Of a DNA stretch of 64,000 nucleotides, positions 20,630-30,821 are shown one piece after another; positions within the stretch are counted from its first letter, which is position 1; each line of letters opens with the position of its first letter. The translations under genes and the position numbers were made by a program. The notes under the pieces were generated by a model, which had not been told where the DNA came from, made no database searches, and worked only from the letters and a program-made list of their open reading frames with translations. The DNA comes from Verrucomicrobiota bacterium. GTDB lineage: Bacteria > Verrucomicrobiota > Verrucomicrobiia > Opitutales > Cerasicoccaceae. Location of the stretch: positions 72,302-136,301 of the forward strand of contig JBCBUK010000004.1 of assembly GCA_039818205.1 (NCBI GenBank), read 5' to 3'.

Positions 20630-21691
20630 TTAGTCCGTGATCTCGATAATTTCGGTTTCTTCCAGAAGGAAGTCGTCGTTGCCGAGAACCTGTCCGGACT
20701 GGCCTTGGACATAAGCGCTCCGGCCTTCCTGAATGGAACTCCCGGTTGGCGGATATTCCCAAGTGCCCGGAGAAGAAAGTTCTGTTGTCGAAGAGGAGCT
20801 GAAGCTGGAACCACCGCCACCGACAGAAATTGGAATCTGCAGTTCATTGAATCCGGCAGCGCTGATGTAGAGATACCCGGCTCCGGCATTGCCACCTTCG
20901 ATTGGAATGGAGACCGAACGGGCACCGGCTGGGATCATCACTTCGGGCATGATGACGCTGCCAGGAACATCAGTCATGACGTTAATAGCCAAGCCGTTGT
21001 TTGATGCTGGAAACTGAATGCTGAATCCAAGAGTGGAACGCTCACCAGGCTGGAGTTCAATTGGATTCGGGAAGACGTTCATCTTGGAGCCATCAACCTG
21101 GAAGCGACCAAGGTCAACGACGCCATGACCGCTCACGAGCTCGGTGCGGTAGGACTGGTTAGCCGCCAATGCGGGAACAATAAAGGTCAAGGATGTGGCG
21201 GATTGGTAGTTGGTCTCAGCCTCAAAGCCACCCATAACGATCTTGTCAAACTGGGTGAAGCCACGGCCCACAACCGGAATCTCGGCGCCGACTGGTCCGC
21301 GCAGGGACTCCATAGTGATGACGTAGCGATTGGTCAGCTGCAGGTCGTAGATCTCACTGATCTCTTCCTTACTGTTTTCCCGGGCGTAATCGAGGACGTA
21401 ATAGTATCGGGCCGCGTTGCGTCCATCTGGCATCACGTAATCGTACTCGAAGACGTTTTTACCGAGTTCGCTGCGGACCATCGGGCGCGCCGTACCATCG
21501 ACGACGATCTTGGGTGCGAAGCTTTCACTCGAAATGGCGTTGTCCGCGTTGCGGACGGCCATGCTCAAGGTGTAGATACCGGAGGCATTCTGTGGCACCT
21601 TCTGGCTGGTGAGATTGGTCATCGTGGGACCACATCCAGCAAAAATGGCGGACAGCATCCCGAGAATTATGACGTAAAGTTTTGCTTTCAT
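20630..21691 (-). CDS. Lipoprotein with IPT/TIG (Ig-like) domains
   Basis: Lipobox FAGC after MKAKLYVIILGMLSAI; RGPVGAEIPVVGRGF IPT-like segment. Confidence 0.72.
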   Translation of the reverse strand: MKAKLYVIILGMLSAIFAGCGPTMTNLTSQKVPQNASGIYTLSMAVRNADNAISSESFAPKIVVDGTARPMVRSELGKNVFEYDYVMPDGRNAARYYYVLDYARENSKEEISEIYDLQLTNRYVITMESLRGPVGAEIPVVGRGFTQFDKIVMGGFEAETNYQSATSLTFIVPALAANQSYRTELVSGHGVVDLGRFQVDGSKMNVFPNPIELQPGERSTLGFSIQFPASNNGLAINVMTDVPGSVIMPEVMIPAGARSVSIPIEGGNAGAGYLYISAAGFNELQIPISVGGGGSSFSSSSTTELSSPGTWEYPPTGSSIQEGRSAYVQGQSGQVLGNDDFLLEETEIIEITD

Positions 21692-21720
21692 GCTGGAAGC
21701 TCGCAAGACAAACAAAGTCT

Positions 21721-22959
21721 GTGGACCTTTCGCAAGCAAAACCCGCTAATGATCCAACCTCCGGGCCAATTTCGGTGGGTTTATACGTTCATGTGCCCTT
21801 TTGTGCAACCAGCTGCGACTTTTGTGCCTTTTATCAAGAGAAACCGCACCGCGATGATTTAATGCGGTATTTGGATGGAATGGAGCGTGAACTTGATCGT
21901 TGGCAGGCCGAGTGCGCGCAAAACTGGGGCGGGGTTGATCCCTTGGGGAAAGGTTCGGCCAGTGCGAAGAGTTTTACGATTTTTTTTGGTGGTGGCACGC
22001 CCGGTTTGCTCTCGACGCCAGACATGGCGAGGCTGTGTGAGGCGGTGCGGTCCCGGGCACCATGGCCGATTGAGGAATGGACGGTTGAAATGGCGCCATC
22101 GACCGTGAAAATGGACAAGGTGAAAGCTATGTTGGACGCCGGGGTGACGCGGATCTCCATGGGAGTTCAAAGCTTTGATGATCAAATGCTTGAGAATCTG
22201 GGTAGGCGTCATGCATCCAAGCAAGTGTTGCAAGCCTACGACGTTCTACGAAACGCCGGGTGCCAGAATATCAATCTTGATCTGATTTTCGCGGTTCCTG
22301 GCCAGACTCGGGAGCAATGGACGAGAGATATGCAGCAGGCAGTTGCGCTTCAACCCGAACATGTGTCGACCTATTGTCTGACTTTTGAGGAGGATACGAA
22401 ACTGTGGGTCCAGTTGACTCGCGGTGAATTGCGCCGCGACATTCAAAACGAGGCCGAACTCTATCGCTACACGTGGGAGTATTTGGCCGGAGCGGGATAT
22501 GCCCAATACGAGGTCTCAAATTTTTCCCGACCGAGCTACGCGTGCCAACACAACCTGGGAACCTGGTATATGGGCGCTTGGCGAGGAGTTGGACCTGCTG
22601 CGGCCAGCCAATGGCTGGGCGAGCGGTGGTCGAATCCGGCAGATCTTAATCGCTGGCTGGACGGTCTTAAATCCTCGCCAATGATTCCGCCCCTCGGCGC
22701 TGAAGAAAAGGTCTCGCTTTCTGAAGATCTTTTGGCCGCCGATGCATTGATATTTGGCCTTCGCTTGAATGATGGGGTCGACCTCGAACGATTGCATCGG
22801 CGCTTCCCGAAAGTGGATTGGTCGGCTTACCGCGGTCTCTGGCAGGACTTAGAAGCCGAGGGTTCGATGTCTCGCAATGCGGAACTTTTGAGCCTGACGG
22901 ATAGCGGCCGAATGTATGCTGACGCGATTGGCGGACGAATATTGGAAGTAACACTTTGA
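21721..22959 (+). CDS. hemW: Radical SAM heme chaperone HemW (HemN-like)
   Basis: LYVHVPFCATSCDFCAF, FFGGGTP, RISMGVQSF, QYEVSNFS, HNLGTW. Start uncertain. Confidence 0.88.
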   Translation: MDLSQAKPANDPTSGPISVGLYVHVPFCATSCDFCAFYQEKPHRDDLMRYLDGMERELDRWQAECAQNWGGVDPLGKGSASAKSFTIFFGGGTPGLLSTPDMARLCEAVRSRAPWPIEEWTVEMAPSTVKMDKVKAMLDAGVTRISMGVQSFDDQMLENLGRRHASKQVLQAYDVLRNAGCQNINLDLIFAVPGQTREQWTRDMQQAVALQPEHVSTYCLTFEEDTKLWVQLTRGELRRDIQNEAELYRYTWEYLAGAGYAQYEVSNFSRPSYACQHNLGTWYMGAWRGVGPAAASQWLGERWSNPADLNRWLDGLKSSPMIPPLGAEEKVSLSEDLLAADALIFGLRLNDGVDLERLHRRFPKVDWSAYRGLWQDLEAEGSMSRNAELLSLTDSGRMYADAIGGRILEVTL

Positions 22960-22995
22960 GTTGGCGCTGAAGATTCTACGTGCTAGTTTTGAAGA

Positions 22996-24669
22996 ATGGC
23001 TCTTAGTCCCCGGCAAAAAAGCCTCTTCATTATTTGCGGTGTCGTCGTCCTTGTTTTAGCAGTGGCGAGTCCATTTGCATGGCAGCAGTTCAAAGTATAT
23101 CGCGCGGAGTCGCTCGCTGATACTGCTCGTGAGTTGATGGAGGAAGGAAACATCGAACAAGCTTGGGAAAAAGCGCGGGCCGCCTATGCCTTGATTCCGG
23201 AAGACCCGGAGATCGCTCGGACCTTGGCTCAACTCCGCGGTATGGCCGATCCGATAACGGCTCCAGAGTTGTGGGGAAAGATCTACGAGCTTACCGGCGA
23301 AGAAGCGGATCTGATGGCTTGGTATGACAGCGCCTTTCCGTTTGGAAATGCAGTTTCATTGGAGCTTATCGTCGAGCAAATGAAGGCGGATTTCCCTGAT
23401 TCAGCAGAGATCAACTTGCGGTTGGCCCAATGGGCATTGTCTCAAGGCGACGAAGCGGGCGGTATCGACCTGCTCAAGAAGGCTGCTGCTGCGCCTGAAG
23501 CATCGGCAGATATTCAGTTCGCCTACGTTCAGCGAAGCCAGAGCAGCGAGGATCCCGCTGTCCGCCAAGCAGGGATTGATTGGTTGCGCAAGATGGCCGA
23601 TCAGGAAGGCGAGATTGGCCTGCGGGCCTTGCGTGTGATGCTCCGAGCGCCGGGTGTCAGCGATGAAGAGCGGCGGAGTGTGGCGGTTCGCCTGTCGGAG
23701 CACCCAATGGCCGAGCGAGGTGATCAATTGACTGAGATCATGGTTCGGCAAAATTTGGATGAAACGCCAATCGACGAGGTCGTTGCCGAAGCCAAGAAGC
23801 TGTTCGCACTCGAGAACCTGGAAGAAGTGGTTGAGCTAGGGCGTTGGCTTAACGGCCAAAACCGATCGGCGGACCTCCTGGAAATCGTTGACTTGGATAC
23901 TGCGTTGAAGCGCGAGGATTTGTTTTTGGTCTGGGTAGATGCAATGGCGTTAACCGGCCAATGGGAGGGGCTCCTGACGGTGATCGACCGCCCGCGATTG
24001 CCGATTGATCCTTTCGTACAGCAGTTGTTTCGCGCCCGTATTCAAGCGGAGCTAGGCAAACAGCGTCTCAGCGATCTTACCTGGAACCAAGCCTTGATCA
24101 AAGCGCGCGACGACGTAACCAAGTTGGGCTGGGCTTATGATTATGCCGACAAGCTGGGTTGGAACATGAAGGCTCGCGATGCCTTGGAACGCTTGAGCAA
24201 GAACCCGCAGACCCAGCGATTGGCCTTCGAACGCCTGGTCGAACTCAACCAGAGAATCAAGGATGTCGAAGCGTTGCAGGAGGTCTTGAGGCGGATGAGC
24301 GACCAGTATCCGCATGATGCCAATGTTGCCAATGACCTGGCTTACGTTAACCTATTGCTGGGCCAAGAAGTTCAAGAAGCCGGCAATACCGCCGTCAACC
24401 TTTTGCAGCAATCGGAGAAGCCCTTTCTCGCGAACGTGATGACATTGTCGCTGGCCTATTATTTGGCAGGCAACAAGCAGGCGGCGCTCGAGCCGCTCTA
24501 CACCTTGCCGATCGACTGGGACGAAGTTCGGCCCGGTTGGCGAACCGTTTACGCCGCAATCCTGAAAGCCAACGGCCACACCCGTGAGGCTGAAAGCATC
24601 ATGGAGAAGGTAAATCCCGACCATGTGTTGCCACAGGAATATGCGCTCTATCGGTCGGCAAATGGCTAG
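22996..24669 (+). CDS. Membrane-anchored TPR-like helical repeat protein
   Basis: N-terminal TM, Ala/Leu-rich helical repeats, ANDLAY TPR-like motif. Confidence 0.7.
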   Translation: MALSPRQKSLFIICGVVVLVLAVASPFAWQQFKVYRAESLADTARELMEEGNIEQAWEKARAAYALIPEDPEIARTLAQLRGMADPITAPELWGKIYELTGEEADLMAWYDSAFPFGNAVSLELIVEQMKADFPDSAEINLRLAQWALSQGDEAGGIDLLKKAAAAPEASADIQFAYVQRSQSSEDPAVRQAGIDWLRKMADQEGEIGLRALRVMLRAPGVSDEERRSVAVRLSEHPMAERGDQLTEIMVRQNLDETPIDEVVAEAKKLFALENLEEVVELGRWLNGQNRSADLLEIVDLDTALKREDLFLVWVDAMALTGQWEGLLTVIDRPRLPIDPFVQQLFRARIQAELGKQRLSDLTWNQALIKARDDVTKLGWAYDYADKLGWNMKARDALERLSKNPQTQRLAFERLVELNQRIKDVEALQEVLRRMSDQYPHDANVANDLAYVNLLLGQEVQEAGNTAVNLLQQSEKPFLANVMTLSLAYYLAGNKQAALEPLYTLPIDWDEVRPGWRTVYAAILKANGHTREAESIMEKVNPDHVLPQEYALYRSANG

Positions 24670-24792
24670 CTGCACTGGGAAAGGCGCACTACCTGTCGCC
24701 AAGAACCCATTACCTGTCGCCGCCGAGCCTTTGAGGATCGGTCCACCTTGGAGTTGATCCGTAGGTTTGGATCGAATCGACGGTTAGGTCAG

Positions 24793-25455
24793 CTACCTTA
24801 CCAGAATTGTATAGCTGACCACATTCGGCATGGGGGACATGAAGTAGACATCGACGAGCTCTTGCGGGTCGATGGTCACCGGAACAAACGAAGTCTTCAT
24901 TGCCTCGCGTGATATCGACTGAAAGTTGCAGGCAACGCGTGTTTTCAGCGGGCCATCCGTCAAGTTTCTTACGCGCACCCATACCCGCAGCGCGCCGTCA
25001 CTCAATGGGTGTGCCTCGATGCGGGTGAGTTTGACGTCGTCGGTGTAAGCTTGAGACATCTGTGTGCCATCGGGAACCAAGACGGTGCCGTCCCAATCAC
25101 GTTCGATATCTTTGGTCTCTTGGGTGGTGGAAGAGCTTTTCTGAATTGCCGGTGCTTTTTCAACTCGGACGACATTGGAGCCAGGAACGTCGATTGCCCG
25201 TAGGTCGGGCTTTATAGCGCCTGCCTGCAAACTGTCCATCGCAGCCGGAAATTCCGTGGCTGTATCGACCGTGTGGGGCAGGGTGTCTTTGGCGCTTTCT
25301 TGGCTCGGAGCAACCAAATTGGTCGCGGCCGGTGATAGGTTTTTCTCCGCTGCCGGGGTCGCGCTACCGTTGTCTTCGCTACATCCGCTAAAGAAAGCAA
25401 CGGCGAGGATGGCGCATGCCAGCGAGAGTGAATTTGCTGAAGTTAGGGTCTCCAT
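24793..25455 (-). CDS. Lipoprotein with C-terminal YcfL/DUF1425-like beta domain
   Basis: Lipobox FSGC, Ala/Pro/Thr-rich linker, DGALRVWVRVRN.T segment. Confidence 0.62.
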   Translation of the reverse strand: METLTSANSLSLACAILAVAFFSGCSEDNGSATPAAEKNLSPAATNLVAPSQESAKDTLPHTVDTATEFPAAMDSLQAGAIKPDLRAIDVPGSNVVRVEKAPAIQKSSSTTQETKDIERDWDGTVLVPDGTQMSQAYTDDVKLTRIEAHPLSDGALRVWVRVRNLTDGPLKTRVACNFQSISREAMKTSFVPVTIDPQELVDVYFMSPMPNVVSYTILVR

Positions 25456-25527
25456 TGTTCACAGAAGGTTGCAGTAAGTAGTATCTATACAAACTACCAA
25501 ATTCCTCGTGAACGTCAGCAAAAAACC

Positions 25528-27189
25528 TTAGGGGGTCTTCGGTGCTCTCGAATGAGGCCTTGCCTCTAGGAGTAGCGTGGCGACTAGCATTGCGGCTGCT
25601 AGCCACAATATCCAATTCCCGAATTTTGTGTAAAAAGTCATTTGCTGCTGCCAGCCTGGGTCAGCAGAGAGTTCAAACGTGGCACTTCCTTGCAGGTAAA
25701 CCAGGCCATCGTCTCCTGTGAGCACATCGCGTACATTGCCGTATTCATCAATCCATCCGCTCCACCCATGATTGCCACAACGAACGACAGGTCGCCGGGT
25801 TTCCACTGCCCGGAGCACGGAATGCGCGGCATGCTGATAGGCACCCGCTTCTTCGCCGTACCAGCCATCGTTGGTCACGACGACGATGAAATCGGCTCCT
25901 TCCTGAACGACTTTTCGGCCCAGATGTGCAAAGATATCTTCGTAGCAGATCAACGGTCCGGCATTTAGGGTCTTGTCTCCAACCGCAACTGGCAGAGGGC
26001 GAGAGTGATCACCTGGTCGCAAGTCAATCTGTAATGGCACGACTGTACCAATGAAGAACAGGATTTTGCGCATGGGAATATATTCGCCGAAAGGAACCAG
26101 TCGACGTTTGGCATAGCGCCCCGGCTGGAGGCCCGTATCAGGTGCCACGTAGAAAACCGCGTTTTCCCAGCCGGTTTCGAATTCTCCTAACGCTCCCGTG
26201 ATTAACGGGGTTCCGGTTTCTGCGACGCGTTGTTCCACCCATTCCTGCATGCCATTGTCATTTGGGCTGATGATGGGGAGCGGTGTTGCCGCCTCGGGCC
26301 AGAGGATTAGGTCTGGGGAGGGTTTGCTCAACGAGGCTCGTTCATTCTCTTGCGCGAGAACCGTCAATATCTCGAAAAACATCTCCTGATCCCATTTCAG
26401 ATTGGCCGGGATCCACGGTTGAACGGCCGCAACATTGATTAGCGGCTCACGAGTTGCAGCTCGCGAGAAGCTGTTGATGTAGATCCAGACCGAAATAAAC
26501 ACCATCGCTAGAGCCAGGTAGAATTCCGGGCAGAAGCGCCATCTTAGTTTTAAGCGCGACCGAAGCGGTGGAATACTTGCCGGCTCTTCTTCGTTGGTTG
26601 GGGCAGCTTCTGGTTCAGTCGATCGGAATATCCGCTGAACATACATCGCCAGCGTGAGATTGAAAAAGATCAGGATGAATGAAACGCCGTAGAATCCGGC
26701 GAATTCGGCGCTTTGCAACATTGCCGGACGGAGCCATTGGCTTGCTGCCAAGGGGAGCCAGGGAAAGCCGGTTAACAGCCAGGTGCGCAACCATTCCAGC
26801 AGGATCCAGGCACCGGCAATGCCGCCAAGAAGCAACACGCGGCGGAGGAATGGTTTGTCTGGGCTGTCGGGCAGCAGCTTTCGCGCGATTAGAAACCAGG
26901 CCGTGGGGAAAAGTGCTAGCACTGCGGAAAGAATTAGTCCTCCGACCCATCCCCAGGGTGGATATACGTGTCGCAGCCAGATCAGGATAACAAACCAGCT
27001 CAGCCAGCTTCCCAGGAAAGTGCAGGTAATGAATCTGCGTCGAGACGGTCGGCCAAATGCCCACAGCAACATGGGAAGAGCAAAAATGTAACCGGCTTCG
27101 GCGACATTCAGCGGAGGAAACGCGGCAAAGTGCAAAAACGCCGTCCCCAGAGTTGCGGCTATTCCAATAAACCAGGGAGAGGGCTTCAT
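25528..27189 (-). CDS. lnt: Apolipoprotein N-acyltransferase
   Basis: EWLRTWLLTGFPW, LWPEAA, YAKRRLVPFGEYIP, LICYEDIF, TNDGWY, LRAVETRR. Confidence 0.95.
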   Translation of the reverse strand: MKPSPWFIGIAATLGTAFLHFAAFPPLNVAEAGYIFALPMLLWAFGRPSRRRFITCTFLGSWLSWFVILIWLRHVYPPWGWVGGLILSAVLALFPTAWFLIARKLLPDSPDKPFLRRVLLLGGIAGAWILLEWLRTWLLTGFPWLPLAASQWLRPAMLQSAEFAGFYGVSFILIFFNLTLAMYVQRIFRSTEPEAAPTNEEEPASIPPLRSRLKLRWRFCPEFYLALAMVFISVWIYINSFSRAATREPLINVAAVQPWIPANLKWDQEMFFEILTVLAQENERASLSKPSPDLILWPEAATPLPIISPNDNGMQEWVEQRVAETGTPLITGALGEFETGWENAVFYVAPDTGLQPGRYAKRRLVPFGEYIPMRKILFFIGTVVPLQIDLRPGDHSRPLPVAVGDKTLNAGPLICYEDIFAHLGRKVVQEGADFIVVVTNDGWYGEEAGAYQHAAHSVLRAVETRRPVVRCGNHGWSGWIDEYGNVRDVLTGDDGLVYLQGSATFELSADPGWQQQMTFYTKFGNWILWLAAAMLVATLLLEARPHSRAPKTP

Positions 27190-27198
27190 CAGGCGGAG

Positions 27199-27714
27199 CT
27201 AGTTGCCCTCCGCGCTTGGGAAAGCAGCCAATACGGCGCTGACCTGCGGTCGAAGCACGGCTAGATTGCCGTTGCGGTCGGAAACCGGCCCATTCGCGGA
27301 CCAATCGGGGTTGCCAACGGGGCCAGCGTTCACGATCAGGAAGCTTGCATTTTTGGAGTGGTCCATTCCGGAAGCATTGGCGCCTACGACAACCTTGTTT
27401 TGGCCCAAGACCTTTTCGGAGGTCCACTGACAGGTGACTAGGAAATCAGCTGAGGAGGGGAGGGAGGCTTTTTCGTATCCTTTGCTCGTAAGGATCTCGC
27501 CGACGATATCCAAAATTTTTGAATTGTTGAATTTCGCGACTGGGCGCTGGGTGTTTACGACCTCAATTTCGGGCGATATGTAAAAGCGCTTCTGGTTGGC
27601 GAGTTTTGCGGAATGGGCAGCGTCCGTCGAGACGTCAACATTTTCGCACCCGGAGAGCAGGGCGACCACGAAGATTAAGGCCGAGGTGATCCAGAAGTGG
27701 CAAAGCGTGGGCAT
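27199..27714 (-). CDS. Lipoprotein, DUF4136-like
   Basis: Lipobox LSGC; LTSKGY....ADFLV and a C-terminal VLAAFP pattern. Confidence 0.65.
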   Translation of the reverse strand: MPTLCHFWITSALIFVVALLSGCENVDVSTDAAHSAKLANQKRFYISPEIEVVNTQRPVAKFNNSKILDIVGEILTSKGYEKASLPSSADFLVTCQWTSEKVLGQNKVVVGANASGMDHSKNASFLIVNAGPVGNPDWSANGPVSDRNGNLAVLRPQVSAVLAAFPSAEGN

Positions 27715-27826
27715 GCTCCAAGAAAATCTTCGCCTGCTTCAGGTTTGCAATGCCATTTTCTTGATTGTAGTTATTTTGTTGTCGGATGAAACTTTCGGGT
27801 GCTTTCGAAGGTTAACCCAAGATGAC

Positions 27827-29326
27827 ATGAGTGTCATTTTTCAAGATATGACTCCACAACAGGCCTGGGAACCGCTGCCAGACATGCTTTGGAATGCGGA
27901 TTCGGCCGCTCACCTGCTTCGGCGGATTGGTTTTTCCGCGCGACCGGCTGACATCCAGCGAGCGCTGGTTGCTGGTCCTCGAGAGACGGTTGATCAAGCG
28001 TTTTCGGGCGTTGATTTTGATGTTCCTTCGAAAACCTGGGATGCCCATTTGGAGGTGCAATACCTCCGTCGGCAAATGCGCAACAAAGACCCCGAAGAGC
28101 GCCGCGCGCTCCAGCGGAAGGTGCAGAAGGCCATCCGCGAAGCCTATAACGAGTTTGCCATGGACTGGTTGGAGTTTGCCCGCAAGCCGGAGGCTTCCGC
28201 CCAGGAGAAGTATGTGCTGTTTCTGGAGAGCATATTTGTGGTGTCCAGCAACAAGGTGAGAAACGCGGGCATGATTTATGACCATGGAAACCTCCTTCGC
28301 CGCGAGGGCTTTGATAGCTACGTCGATCTCGTAAAGTCCATAAGCCGATCGCCCGCGATGATCCAATACCTGGACCTTCAACAAAGCCAGAAGAAGGCGC
28401 CAAACGAAAATTTTGCCCGCGAGCTGATGGAGTTGTTCACCCTGGGCGAAGGCAACTACACCGAGAAAGATATCAAAGAAGCCGCGCGGGCGTTCACCGG
28501 TTATGGCTACCGCTCTTCCGAGCATTATTTTTCTGAATACCGCTTTACCTCAAATCGCTACGATAGCGGGAAGAAAACCGTTTTCGGCAATTCCGGCCGA
28601 TGGAATGGTGACGAGGTAATCGAGATGGTGTTTGAACAGCCCGGTGCCAAGACGTTTATGCCACGGGAGCTCTGTCTGTATTATCTCAGTGAAACCCCAC
28701 TTCCAGAAGAGATTTTGCGGCCGCTTGGAGAGTCGTGGGCCCGTCAGGACTTTGATCAGGAGTGGTTACTTCGGAAGTTGTTTACGAGTCGTATTTTTTA
28801 CGCGGAACAGTTTCGGGGGAATCTTATCAAGTCGCCCTTCCATTTCTATATTGGGCTTTGCCAAGATTTGAACTTGGACGTTTTGCCAGTGCCGACTCGT
28901 CTGATTGGTCAGTTTCGTAACATGGGGCAGGATTTTCAAAATCCTCCGAATGTTCGCGGCTGGCTTGGAGGAAAGCACTGGATAACTTCTTCAACGCTAT
29001 CTGCCCGTCAGCTCATGGCGCGCAACCTCTTGTATCCGCCAAAGGAAGACCGCTACAATGCGGATGAACGGATGCGCTTGGAGGAGGCACGTGACGATGG
29101 CAAGGGGCCGTTTGCGGTGCAGCCTGATATGATCCAGCCGTGGCTGAAGCGTGATAACGATGAGCTGGTGGAAATCCTCTGTCGGTATTTCTTGCCCCAG
29201 CCCCCATCGCCATCGTTCAAATCCAAACTCGTGGCGCATGTCGATGTTGCCGAAAAGTATCGTTACGAGCGTGTCCGCCAGGCGCTTCTAGCGCTTCTGC
29301 AATCACCAGTCTATCAACTTTCTTAA
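27827..29326 (+). CDS. DUF1800 family protein
   Basis: AAHLLRRIGF, SPAMIQYLD, PNENFARELMELFTLG.GNYTE.DI.EAARAFTG, PPNVRGW, SPVYQL. Start set at ATG 27827. Confidence 0.9.
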   Translation: MSVIFQDMTPQQAWEPLPDMLWNADSAAHLLRRIGFSARPADIQRALVAGPRETVDQAFSGVDFDVPSKTWDAHLEVQYLRRQMRNKDPEERRALQRKVQKAIREAYNEFAMDWLEFARKPEASAQEKYVLFLESIFVVSSNKVRNAGMIYDHGNLLRREGFDSYVDLVKSISRSPAMIQYLDLQQSQKKAPNENFARELMELFTLGEGNYTEKDIKEAARAFTGYGYRSSEHYFSEYRFTSNRYDSGKKTVFGNSGRWNGDEVIEMVFEQPGAKTFMPRELCLYYLSETPLPEEILRPLGESWARQDFDQEWLLRKLFTSRIFYAEQFRGNLIKSPFHFYIGLCQDLNLDVLPVPTRLIGQFRNMGQDFQNPPNVRGWLGGKHWITSSTLSARQLMARNLLYPPKEDRYNADERMRLEEARDDGKGPFAVQPDMIQPWLKRDNDELVEILCRYFLPQPPSPSFKSKLVAHVDVAEKYRYERVRQALLALLQSPVYQLS

Positions 29327-29339
29327 GGAGAGCCTATCC

Positions 29340-30584
29340 ATGAATAATTGCCACACACCGCTAGCCGTGACCCGCCGAGATTTTTTAAAAGGTTCAATGG
29401 GCGGACTGGGAATGGTCGCCTTTAGCGGCTTCGCTCCAAGTTTCTTGGTCTCAACGGCTCAGGCCGGTGTCGCCGCTCCAGAAACGGGCCGCCAGATCCT
29501 GGTCTTAGTTCAATTGGCTGGCGGAAATGATGGCCTCAATACCTGCATCCCGTTCCAAAACGATGAGTACTATCGATTGCGTCCAGATTTGGCCATAAAA
29601 GAAGGACGCCGAAAGCTTACGGATGAGTTGGCCTTACACCCGTCCTGCGAAGGAATGGAACGGCTTTGGAAGGAGGGCGATCTTAGCATTATCCAGAATG
29701 TTGGTTATCCGAACCCCAATCGCAGCCACTTTCGCTCAACCGAGATCTGGGAGACGGCCACCGATAGCGATGTGATCGGATCAACCGGTTGGATAGGTCG
29801 TTACCTTGACAACAACTGCAACGGCGCGGGTCATAGCAATGACCCAGATCTCTTGCATATTGGTGACGAGCTTCCGGGGCACTTTATGGCTGACGAGATC
29901 CATTCGGTGTTTGGATTGCCAGGACGTGGCCGCATGCGCTCAAAGAGTAAGAGTGAGCTCGCCTTACTCGAGGAATTGACCGCGGCGCCCGCAAGTACCG
30001 AAAGCGGGAATTATCTCCAGCATATGATCATGGACTCGATCGTGACGGAGAAGCGGGTGCAACAGATCGTCGATAAATACAAGCCCCAGGCAACTTACCC
30101 TGGCAACAACCTCGGGCGGTCGTTGAACAAGATTGCGGCAATGGTGGCTGCTAACATGGAGACACGCATTTTCTTTGTTTCCCAGGGCGGATACGATACC
30201 CATGCGAACCAGCTTGGCGGACATGCCTCTCGATTGACTGAACTGTCCACGGCGCTTGCTGCGTTTCAGCAGGACTTGAAGCGCCACAAACTCGATGATC
30301 AGGTGTTAACGGTTGTATTCTCCGAGTTTGGCCGGCGGCCCAATCAGAATGGCAGCAAAGGAACCGACCACGGAACTGCGGCACCGTTATTTGTCATGGG
30401 TGGCTCCGTCGAAAACAATTTGATTGGTCAAGGGCCTGATTTGGTGAACCTGAAAAACAAGGACCTCCAACACCAAATTGACTTCCGACAAGTCTACTCG
30501 ACGATTATTCAGAATTGGTTGCGAGCCGATCCGAAGGCGGTGCTTGGCGGAAGCTTTTCCACGCTGCCGTTTCTGCGGGCTTGA
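29340..30584 (+). CDS. DUF1501 family Tat-exported protein
   Basis: TRRDFLK Tat motif, QLAGGNDGLN, NRSHFRS, GGYDTHANQ, FSEFGRR, GTDHG. Confidence 0.92.
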   Translation: MNNCHTPLAVTRRDFLKGSMGGLGMVAFSGFAPSFLVSTAQAGVAAPETGRQILVLVQLAGGNDGLNTCIPFQNDEYYRLRPDLAIKEGRRKLTDELALHPSCEGMERLWKEGDLSIIQNVGYPNPNRSHFRSTEIWETATDSDVIGSTGWIGRYLDNNCNGAGHSNDPDLLHIGDELPGHFMADEIHSVFGLPGRGRMRSKSKSELALLEELTAAPASTESGNYLQHMIMDSIVTEKRVQQIVDKYKPQATYPGNNLGRSLNKIAAMVAANMETRIFFVSQGGYDTHANQLGGHASRLTELSTALAAFQQDLKRHKLDDQVLTVVFSEFGRRPNQNGSKGTDHGTAAPLFVMGGSVENNLIGQGPDLVNLKNKDLQHQIDFRQVYSTIIQNWLRADPKAVLGGSFSTLPFLRA

Positions 30585-30793
30585 GATATTGGCGGCTCTG
30601 GGAGCAGCGCGTCGAACCTGGCGTCCATTTAGCAGTCGGGTGTCTGGCTGTTCGTAAAATGTACGGCATGTGGCTTACTGTTCATATAATGCTCAACTGA
30701 GTGGCTGGTAGGTTTTTGGTCGGGAGAAAGTGAAATATTTTAAAACGTTGTTTATAAGTGTTTTAAGAATTTTTTGTGTTCAATTACTCGGTC

Positions 30794-30810
30794 TTGGCAC
30801 GGGCATGGCA
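30794..30810 (+). promoter_or_regulatory. Possible sigma54 -24/-12 promoter
   Basis: TTGGCACGGGCATGGCA has TGGCAC and GG-N10-GC spacing, preceded by an AT-rich tract; the -12 element deviates from TTGC. Confidence 0.4.
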
Positions 30811-30821
30811 ATAGAGAGGGC

